From: Candidatus Woesearchaeota archaeon
GTDB lineage: Archaea > Nanobdellota > Nanobdellia > Pacearchaeales > GW2011-AR1
DNA length: 64,000 nt
Assembly (NCBI GenBank): GCA_964409555.1
Contig: CAYPDP010000001.1
Span: 3,978 to 67,977 of the forward strand
Reading direction: 5' to 3'
The notes below the pieces were generated by a model. It made no database searches and was not told where the DNA came from. It saw only the letters and a program-made list of their open reading frames with translations. Each line of letters opens with the position of its first letter. Position 1 is the first letter of the stretch. Positions 9,397 to 16,975 of the stretch are shown here, piece after piece. Both the position numbers and the translations under genes were made by a program.

Positions 9397-10605
9397 ATGA
9401 CTTGGGTTGAAAAATATAGGCCAGTTTGTTTTGTTGATATTAAAGGACAAGATGAAGCAGTAATTAGAATAAAGAAATTTATTGAAGATTTTAGAAAGTT
9501 TGGAAAATCAGATAAAGGGAAAAAGGCAATTCTTCTTCATGGTCCTCCTGGAACTGGGAAAACAACTCTTGCACAAGTGGCTTCTATTGAAAGCAATTCG
9601 GAAATATTTGAAATAAATGCTTCTGATTTTAGAAATAAAAAAAAACTTGATGAAATCTTAAAACCAGCAATTCAACAACAGTCTTTAATTAGAAAAAGTA
9701 AAATAATTCTTATGGATGAAGTTGATGGAATTTCAGGATATTATGATAAAGGAGGAATTCCTGAGCTAATAAGATTAATCGATTCTTCAAATTATCCTTT
9801 AATTCTTACGGCAAATGATGCTTGGTCAAAAAAACTTGCTCCAATTAGAAAAAAGGCTGAGTTAATTCAATTAAAAGAAATTCCTTATGCTTCTATAAAA
9901 GATGTTATGATTTGTATTTTGAAAAAAGAAGGAAAATTTATAGATAATGATATTTTAACTAAGGTTGCAGTAAAATCTAAAGGGGATTTAAGGGCAGCTA
10001 TAAATGATTTACAGGTAATTTCAAAATTAGATAAATCAGATATTTCATTAGATATGGAATATGGTGAGAGAAATAAAGAGACAGATATTTTTAATGCTCT
10101 TAATCAGGTTTTTAAGGGCAAGCCAACTAAAGAAATTTTAGGTGTTTATGATTTTGTAAATATGTCTATAGATAATATAATTCTTTGGATAGAAGAAAAT
10201 ATTCCTTTAGAATATTCTGGATTAGAATTAGCAAAAGCTTATGGGAGATTAAGTAGAGTTGATATTTTTAGAAGAAGAATTTACAAACAACAATACTGGA
10301 GATTTTTGGTTTATGAAAATATTCTTTTAAGTTTCGGAATATCTTCTTCAAAAGATTTGAAAAAAATTCACGGAAATTTTACAAAATATAAAAAACCATC
10401 TAGAATTTTAAAAATATGGATTAATAATTTGAAGATTGCAAAGAAAAAAGCTATTTCAAAAAAATATGCTCATTATGTTCATGTTGGAGAAAAAAGAGCA
10501 TTAAGTGAGTTCCCGTTAATTAAAAGAATTATTAATTCTAATCCTCAGATAATTAATGAATTAAAACTTAATGAAGAAGAAGTTGAATATTTGAATAGAT
10601 TTTAA
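9397..10605 (+). CDS. rfcL: Replication factor C large subunit
   Basis: EKYRP start, [18 protein letters not shown] Walker B, and the C-terminal helical domain of archaeal RfcL. Confidence 0.75.
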   Translation: MTWVEKYRPVCFVDIKGQDEAVIRIKKFIEDFRKFGKSDKGKKAILLHGPPGTGKTTLAQVASIESNSEIFEINASDFRNKKKLDEILKPAIQQQSLIRKSKIILMDEVDGISGYYDKGGIPELIRLIDSSNYPLILTANDAWSKKLAPIRKKAELIQLKEIPYASIKDVMICILKKEGKFIDNDILTKVAVKSKGDLRAAINDLQVISKLDKSDISLDMEYGERNKETDIFNALNQVFKGKPTKEILGVYDFVNMSIDNIILWIEENIPLEYSGLELAKAYGRLSRVDIFRRRIYKQQYWRFLVYENILLSFGISSSKDLKKIHGNFTKYKKPSRILKIWINNLKIAKKKAISKKYAHYVHVGEKRALSEFPLIKRIINSNPQIINELKLNEEEVEYLNRF

Positions 10606-10628
10606 TAATTTTTTTAAGAAATTATTTT

Positions 10629-11081
10629 TTATTGTTTGTTAGAAATATTAGAAGGAATATTTTGTTGCTGTTCTTGTAATTTGACTTGTGATTCAATTTG
10701 TTGTTTTATAATATTTAAAGGAGTAATTCCTCCATTAATTAAATTTTCTCCATCTCGAGTTACATAGATTGGAATATCTTTACCATTTAATGAAACAAAA
10801 ACTTGGTAAATTCCATTTTCTAAACTTATATTAATAAGACTTGCTTCAGGGAATTGTATTCTTACTAATTCTATAATATTTTTTCCAACAGATTTTGATG
10901 AAGCAATATTATTATCTGAAATATTGTTAACACCTGAAAAATAATTTAATGTTAAAAGAAGAAATAAAATTCCAAAAATTAGTGTCGATAAAATCCAAGG
11001 ATTTTCACTAATTTTATGTGTAATTGTTTTACAAGATTCATTCTTTTTCTTTTTATCATCACTTTTTTCTTCTTTATTCAT
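10629..11081 (-). CDS. Hypothetical single-pass membrane protein
   Basis: Basic N-terminus, one TM helix (ILSTLIFGILFLLLTL) and an extracytoplasmic domain. Confidence 0.3.
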   Translation of the reverse strand: MNKEEKSDDKKKKNESCKTITHKISENPWILSTLIFGILFLLLTLNYFSGVNNISDNNIASSKSVGKNIIELVRIQFPEASLINISLENGIYQVFVSLNGKDIPIYVTRDGENLINGGITPLNIIKQQIESQVKLQEQQQNIPSNISNKQ

Positions 11082-11158
11082 TTTAAAAATAATAAAAATC
11101 TATTTATAAATGTTTTTAAAATGTTTAATAAACAATCAATTAAAAATATAAAGTCTTT

Positions 11159-12496
11159 TTGATAAGATATTTTATGTCTTATGATATTATTACTGGGAGA
11201 AATGAACATGACAGGGAAACTTTAACAAAAGAGGGAGTTATTTTTTTGGGCAAGGGATATGTTAGCATGGGGAGATACACTAGTTTAAGCAATCGATTAT
11301 TTATGGACATTTCTAAGAATCATGTAGTTTTAGTTGCAGGAAAAAGAGGAAGTGGAAAATCATATACTTTGGGAGTTATTGCCGAGGAATTATCTAATTT
11401 GCCGAAATCTATAAGTTCAAATATTGCCTCTTTAATTTTTGATACTATGGGAATATATTGGACAATGAAATTTAGAAACGAGAAAGATAAAGAACTTTTA
11501 AAAGAATGGAATTTAAAATCAAAAAATCTTCCTGTTAAAATTTTTGTTCCTTTTGGACATTATGATTCTTATGTTGAAAAAGGAATTCCTGTTGATGAAA
11601 AATTTTCTTTAAGTCCTTCAGAATTAAATGTTGAAGATTGGGTAATAACTTTTGGATTAGATATTGTTAATCCTATTGCTGTTTTAATTGAAAGAACTAT
11701 AACTAAATTAAAAAAAGAAGATGAATTTAATTTAAGAGATATAATTTCTGAATTGGAAAAAGATAAAAAATCTTCCGAGGATATTAAGAATGCTTCGATT
11801 GGATTATTTGAGGCAGCAGATACTTGGGGAATTTTTAATAAAGGAGATACTGGTTCTAAGCCAATAAAGATTAAAGATTTAATAAAAGGAGGAGTAACCA
11901 GTATTTTAGATTTAAGTGTTTATAATTCTGTAGGTGCTTTTAATGTTCGGGCTCTTGTAATAAGTTTGGTTTCAAAGAAAATTTTTAATCAGAGAATGGA
12001 TGCAAGAAAAGAAGAAGAGATAAAAGCTGTTTCTAAAGGTTTGGATTATTTTTCAAGAATTTCTGTTGATAAAAAGGATAATCCTTTGGTGTGGATGTTT
12101 ATTGATGAGGCTCACGAATTTTTACCTTTGAATGGAAAAACAATAGCGACAGATGCATTAGTTCAATTGTTAAGAGAAGGAAGGCAGCCAGGAATTTCTT
12201 TGGTTTTAGCAACTCAACAGCCAGGGCAAATACATCGTGATGTTATGACTCAATCAGATATTGTTATTGCCCATAGGGTGACTAGTCAGCCAGATGTGGA
12301 GGCTTTAAATTATATAATGCAAAGTTATCTTTTAGATAGTATAAAAAAGTATATGGATGATTTGCCGAGTTTAAAAGGTTCGGCAATAATTCTTGATGAT
12401 AATTCAGAGAGAATTTATCCTATAAGGATAAGACCAAGATTTACCTGGCATGGGGGAGAGGCTCCTTCTGCGATAAATATTAAAAAAAGAATTTAG
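11159..12496 (+). CDS. FtsK/HerA-superfamily P-loop ATPase (DUF87/AAA_10-like), lacking a HAS-barrel N-domain
   Basis: Walker A VAGKRGSGKSY, Walker B MFIDEAHEF, and LATQQPGQIHRDVMTQSDIVIAHRV with an Arg finger typical of HerA/VirB4-like ATPases. Confidence 0.6.
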   Translation: MIRYFMSYDIITGRNEHDRETLTKEGVIFLGKGYVSMGRYTSLSNRLFMDISKNHVVLVAGKRGSGKSYTLGVIAEELSNLPKSISSNIASLIFDTMGIYWTMKFRNEKDKELLKEWNLKSKNLPVKIFVPFGHYDSYVEKGIPVDEKFSLSPSELNVEDWVITFGLDIVNPIAVLIERTITKLKKEDEFNLRDIISELEKDKKSSEDIKNASIGLFEAADTWGIFNKGDTGSKPIKIKDLIKGGVTSILDLSVYNSVGAFNVRALVISLVSKKIFNQRMDARKEEEIKAVSKGLDYFSRISVDKKDNPLVWMFIDEAHEFLPLNGKTIATDALVQLLREGRQPGISLVLATQQPGQIHRDVMTQSDIVIAHRVTSQPDVEALNYIMQSYLLDSIKKYMDDLPSLKGSAIILDDNSERIYPIRIRPRFTWHGGEAPSAINIKKRI

Positions 12497-12530
12497 AAAG
12501 ATTTAAATAGTATAACTTTATAGTAGTAAT

Positions 12531-12746
12531 ATGGAATTTAATACAAAATTTTCAGAAAAAATGTGCGAAGGAGTTCTTGAAGGAACTATAAAAGGAGAAT
12601 ATTTTCTTGGAGGAAAAAAGGTAATTTGTCCTTTTAAGGAATGTAAATATGGAAATCATATAATAATTGATTTTGAAGGAGAGGATTATAATATTTGTAG
12701 GGCTTATTTAATTATGAAAGAAAGAGGTTTAATTAATGATTTATAA
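12531..12746 (+). CDS. Hypothetical small Cys-containing protein
   Basis: 71-aa ORF (CPFKEC...NICRAY) directly downstream of the ATPase. Confidence 0.2.
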   Translation: MEFNTKFSEKMCEGVLEGTIKGEYFLGGKKVICPFKECKYGNHIIIDFEGEDYNICRAYLIMKERGLINDL

Positions 12747-12751
12747 TTCAG

Positions 12752-13072
12752 ATGAAAAATTTAACATATGATTTTGTAAGAAGAAATTTAAGGTTAGAGA
12801 TATCTGATATTGCAAAAGTTTCTAGAAATACTATAAAGGATAATTATACTCTTTTGAAAGATTTAGGATTTGATTCTTTAGATATGGTTGATTTGGAAAG
12901 TAGAGTGGAGAGTATTTTTGGAATAAAGATTCCTTTTAATTATTTGGAAAGATGTGAAGAAAAGAAAAAATCTAATAAATCTCTTGATTATGTTTGTGAT
13001 ATTTCATTTAAACAATTAATAGATTATGTTTTTGATTTAATTTCTCCTAAATATAAAACTTGTTCAGATTAA
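12752..13072 (+). CDS. Acyl-carrier-protein-like (phosphopantetheine-attachment, PP-binding) protein
   Basis: LLKDLGFDSLDMVDLESRVESIFGIKIP matches the ACP/PCP signature LGxDSLDxVELVxxxEExFGIxIP around the attachment Ser. Confidence 0.45.
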   Translation: MKNLTYDFVRRNLRLEISDIAKVSRNTIKDNYTLLKDLGFDSLDMVDLESRVESIFGIKIPFNYLERCEEKKKSNKSLDYVCDISFKQLIDYVFDLISPKYKTCSD

Positions 13073-13938
13073 TTTAAAACTTTAAAATCAACTCTTACTC
13101 TTAATTTATAAGGTGCAATTTCTCCTGCTTTTTTTATGTTTAATATTTTTATTTTTTTATTATTTTCTTTTGCAGTATTTTTTATTTTATTAATGATTAG
13201 ATTTTTTTCTTCAGATTTACAAAAATCATAATAATAAATTAAAGTATTTTTTTTGCTTAATTTGAAAGCTTGTTCTAAAAAAGAATCTTTTAATTGAGGT
13301 CGAGGCATTACAATAACATCAAAACAACCCATGGTTTTTTTGGATTTTCCCTCTTGGCACGGTTGGGCGATTTCTAATTGCCTCTGAGGAAATCGTATTT
13401 TTTCTTTTTCACATAATTTCCTTGCAACTCTTTTAATATCTCCAGGGATTAATTCAACTTTTTCTTTTAATTTATTTAATTCAATATTTAATTCTCCGTA
13501 TTTATTTGCTTTTCTATTAATTTCATTTGAATAAACTTTTTTTGCTTTTGAATTTTTAGCAATAACAATACTAAATGGAGAAACCCCTGCAAACATAACT
13601 AAAACTGTTTCATTTTTTTTAATTTTTGAAGCAATTTCTTTTCTTTCGTTGCTTAATCTTGGAGAAAAATAAGTGTTATCAACATTAAATCTAAAGATAC
13701 AATTATTTTCTTTGTATAAAACCTCTTTTGTTTTTTCTCCTGCTAAGTGTCTTGTGGATATTTTTCTTAAACGTCCTTTGACTTTTCCTATTTTTTCAAG
13801 AACTGTTTTTACTGGCTTTTGTTCTTTTAGTAAATTTTCAGCAAGTTTTTTTTTATTTTTTAAATTAATTTTTTCTTTTGAAGGGAAATTTACAATTGCA
13901 ATATTTCCGAGAATGTCAAATGATTTTATTTTTTTCAT
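13069..13938 (-). CDS. tRNA methyltransferase, Trm5/Taw2 (Met-10+) family
   Basis: Class I SAM MTase motifs in Trm5 order: MFAGVSPFSIVIAK, YSNEINRKA, FDVIVMPRPQ (NPPY-like). Confidence 0.55.
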   Translation of the reverse strand: MKKIKSFDILGNIAIVNFPSKEKINLKNKKKLAENLLKEQKPVKTVLEKIGKVKGRLRKISTRHLAGEKTKEVLYKENNCIFRFNVDNTYFSPRLSNERKEIASKIKKNETVLVMFAGVSPFSIVIAKNSKAKKVYSNEINRKANKYGELNIELNKLKEKVELIPGDIKRVARKLCEKEKIRFPQRQLEIAQPCQEGKSKKTMGCFDVIVMPRPQLKDSFLEQAFKLSKKNTLIYYYDFCKSEEKNLIINKIKNTAKENNKKIKILNIKKAGEIAPYKLRVRVDFKVLN

Positions 13939-14016
13939 TTATTTAAATAAAAGGGATAATTATTAAATCTTATGTATAATAAGAATATTTATAAATATGA
14001 ATTTAGTAATTATTAA

Positions 14017-14862
14017 ATGGGTAAAAGAGGTTTTAAATTTTTAGTAATATTTTTTTCGTTGTCTGTTTTCATTACTGATTTTATTAGTGCTTCTTATGGA
14101 AGTCCTTTTTCTATAGGTGCTTTATTTGATTCTATTGATCCAACAAGTATGTTTTTGGGAGTTATATTTTTAGTTATATTTGCATTTGTTAATTATTCAG
14201 CTTCTAAAGTATTCAAAGATAGATCTGGAGTTCCAAATAAAACTTTAGTCACTGTTGTTTCACTTTCAGTGGCTTTATTATCAAGTTATGGAATTTATAA
14301 ATCTGGATTTGATTTTTCAGGAGTGTTTTTTGATTTTGGTTCAGGAATAGGTATTTCTGCAGACTGGATTTATTCTTTAGCTTTTTTTATTTTCCTTGGT
14401 TTAGCAATTTATCTTTTTTGGAGATTTGGATTAAATTCACTTGTAATGCTAGGAGTTTTGTTCATATTTTTAGGGTTGTCAAAATTATTATATGAAGGTG
14501 ATGGAGCTGTTTATATAGGGGTTGTGTTTCTGATAGTTTGGTTATTTTTTAAAATTATGTTTAGACCAGTTTCTAATAGATTAATTAATGGAATGGCTAG
14601 GGGAACTTCTTGGTCTGGACGAAAAGCTTATGGACATTATAGAGATAATGTTGATGCACATAGACAAAGACAAGAAATGAATAAAGATCATGAAAAAGCA
14701 ATAAGAGATAATAGAGCATATGATCTTAAAAGATATAATCAAATTATAAGTCAGATTAAATCAATGCCTAAGGGAAAATACATTAAAAAGGGAACATCAG
14801 GATATAATCAGTGGAGAAGACTTTATGATGAAGCTGATAAATTACGTAAGAAATTAAGATAA
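14017..14862 (+). CDS. Hypothetical polytopic membrane protein with a basic cytoplasmic tail
   Basis: Multiple hydrophobic helices followed by a charged C-terminal 90 aa. Confidence 0.35.
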   Translation: MGKRGFKFLVIFFSLSVFITDFISASYGSPFSIGALFDSIDPTSMFLGVIFLVIFAFVNYSASKVFKDRSGVPNKTLVTVVSLSVALLSSYGIYKSGFDFSGVFFDFGSGIGISADWIYSLAFFIFLGLAIYLFWRFGLNSLVMLGVLFIFLGLSKLLYEGDGAVYIGVVFLIVWLFFKIMFRPVSNRLINGMARGTSWSGRKAYGHYRDNVDAHRQRQEMNKDHEKAIRDNRAYDLKRYNQIISQIKSMPKGKYIKKGTSGYNQWRRLYDEADKLRKKLR

Positions 14863-14882
14863 TAAATATTCTAATCATTAAT

Positions 14883-15923
14883 TTAAAACCATTTACCTAA
14901 ATCTTTTTGTTTTGCTTTTTCTTCAAGTTCATGTAATTTTTCAAGTCGTTTTTCAACCCTTTCAAGAGAAAAATCATGTCTTTTAACAAGAATTTCTTTT
15001 ATTTTTTCTTCATTAACTTTTGGGAATTCAATCTCAAAATTTTCAACATCTGGTTTATGAAATAATTCAAATATTTCTTTCCAATCAAATCTGTTTTCTT
15101 CTGAAAGGCTCATTATTCTTTCTTCAACACTTTCAAATATTAAAATTGGCTGTTTGTATTTTCTTACAATATCTAATGCTTTTTTTTGTCCAATTCCGGG
15201 AATCCCTTTTGGATTGTAATCTGTTCCAACAAGAATTCCAAGACAAATTAATTGGTCTCGGTTTATTTCTAAAACATCTAAAACTCTTTCTAAATCAATT
15301 AATTCAGGATTTATTTCTACCCATCCAGAATAAGTTTTTCTTTTTCTTGCAAGAGTTAAATTTTGAATAAGTTTTGGAGCTCCGAATAATAAACTGTCAT
15401 AATCTTGACTTGCACTTGCATAAATATTTTCTTTTTTTCTGCATAAATATGCTGCTTCTGATTCTCCTTCACTGGGAGCTTGAATAACTGCAATTCCCAT
15501 TGCTTCTAAAAGTTCTTTGCTTTCCTGAATAATTTCATCATTAAGTCTTGTTAATTGACTGCTATAACGTTTCATTTCATCTAAATTTTGTTTCTGTTTT
15601 GCTTCTTCAAATTTTTCTTTGGCCAACTCTCTTGTATTTTCTCGAGATTTATGTGTTTTCCATTTTAGTTGTGGAGGTTTTCCATCAAAAACATAAATCA
15701 TTTTAATTCCTTCTGAAAGAAGATTTATATTTCTATAAAAAATACCTGACAAATGACTTGTAATTTTTTCTTTAGAATCCATTAATGGCGTTCCATCTTG
15801 TTGCCTTATTGTTGATAAGAATTGATATAAAGTATTAAATGCATCAACACAAATTATTTTCCCTTTAAGGTCTGAAATTTCCAGTTCTTTTCTTGGTATT
15901 ATGTCTCGAATGTTTAGTCCCAT
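14883..15923 (-). CDS. fen: Flap endonuclease 1
   Basis: MGLNIRDIIP...KIICVDAFNTLYQFL, XPG N/I domains, and a C-terminal PIP box QKDLGKWF. Confidence 0.85.
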   Translation of the reverse strand: MGLNIRDIIPRKELEISDLKGKIICVDAFNTLYQFLSTIRQQDGTPLMDSKEKITSHLSGIFYRNINLLSEGIKMIYVFDGKPPQLKWKTHKSRENTRELAKEKFEEAKQKQNLDEMKRYSSQLTRLNDEIIQESKELLEAMGIAVIQAPSEGESEAAYLCRKKENIYASASQDYDSLLFGAPKLIQNLTLARKRKTYSGWVEINPELIDLERVLDVLEINRDQLICLGILVGTDYNPKGIPGIGQKKALDIVRKYKQPILIFESVEERIMSLSEENRFDWKEIFELFHKPDVENFEIEFPKVNEEKIKEILVKRHDFSLERVEKRLEKLHELEEKAKQKDLGKWF

Positions 15924-15962
15924 GAATATATAAGCAAATAGTAATATAAAAAATTAATTATT

Positions 15963-16292
15963 TTATTTTTTAGTTATTTTTTTAGCATATTTAAGAATTC
16001 CCTGAAATAAATCTCCAATTTGTTTGAAAGAGTAATTATTTATTGGTTGTTTTCCTTCATTTCTAAATTTTGAGAAATATTTAGTTAAAAGTTCCCTTTT
16101 GTTATAAGTATCTTCTCCTATATTTTCTAAAACTCCCCATCTAATTACATTATTAACAAAATCTTCATAATTTTCTTTTTTTAATTTTTCTTCTAATTTA
16201 AAATATTTTTTATCAAAATATATTTTATTAGCAAGATATATTTCCTCTTTTTCTTGTTCTGGGTCAGGATTTTCTCCGTAATTATTATTCAT
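15963..16292 (-). CDS. Hypothetical protein
   Basis: 109-aa ORF with no recognisable domain. Confidence 0.25.
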   Translation of the reverse strand: MNNNYGENPDPEQEKEEIYLANKIYFDKKYFKLEEKLKKENYEDFVNNVIRWGVLENIGEDTYNKRELLTKYFSKFRNEGKQPINNYSFKQIGDLFQGILKYAKKITKK

Positions 16293-16376
16293 ATATTTAC
16301 CACTATTAAAGAGTATATAAACTTTACTGTTTTAAACATAATATCCTCTTATTTTAATTAAATTATTTTAAAGATA

Positions 16377-16408
16377 TTTGTTTCATCTTGTTAACAGGCA
16401 GTTTCACA
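16377..16408 (+). promoter_or_regulatory. Conserved promoter-proximal element TTTGTTTCA-N2-TTGTTAACAGGC-N-GTTTCACA (copy 1), immediately upstream of a TATA-like box
   Basis: 30/32-nt identity with 63771..63802. Palindrome TGTTAACA flanked by direct repeats GTTTCA. TATTATATA follows about 8 nt downstream. ATG with GAAAGGAGGT SD lies about 105 nt downstream. Confidence 0.5.
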
Positions 16409-16493
16409 AAAGTATTATATAATTATGTAGGAAGATTATAATATGAAAAATAATAAATCCTATTTGACAAATTTGAAAGGAGGTAAGAAATAG

Positions 16494-16847
16494 ATGAAAA
16501 CAAAAAATTTATTTGCAATAGGATTGATAATGATTTTAGTTATGATGGTTTTAGTGAATGCAGAATTAACAGAATCACAAAAAAAAGCATTAGAAGCACA
16601 AAAGAAAGTTGCTGAATTAGCTGCAGAACAAGCAAAACAGCAACAAAAGACTCAACAAACCCAACAAATACAAAATGTTCAACAGATAGAAATTAAGCAA
16701 GTAGAATTAACAGAGTTTCAGAAAAAAGCATTAGAATTTCAGAAAAAAGTTGCTGAACGTACAGCAAAACTTGCTGAAATTCAAGCAGTTATTGCTAGTG
16801 GGAATATTAATTTTATTCTTAGATATTTCTTTTATGATCCTTTATAA
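16494..16847 (+). CDS. Secreted protein with an internal tandem duplication (LTE[SF]QKKALE[AF]QKKVAE)
   Basis: Signal peptide (LFAIGLIMILVMMVLVNA), two about 54-nt repeats and a Gln-rich linker. Strong SD upstream. Confidence 0.4.
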   Translation: MKTKNLFAIGLIMILVMMVLVNAELTESQKKALEAQKKVAELAAEQAKQQQKTQQTQQIQNVQQIEIKQVELTEFQKKALEFQKKVAERTAKLAEIQAVIASGNINFILRYFFYDPL

Positions 16848-16975
16848 TTTTTTTTGAAAAGGATTTTATTTTTTTATTATGTCTAAAGTTATATTTAATA
16901 TTCTTGGATATATGTATGGAGGTCTATATTTTTTTAAACCTCAATTTTTAAATAACCTTTATACATTTTGAATTT

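Noticed and set aside
15020-15370. 116-aa plus-strand ORF
   Set aside because: Antisense to FEN1.
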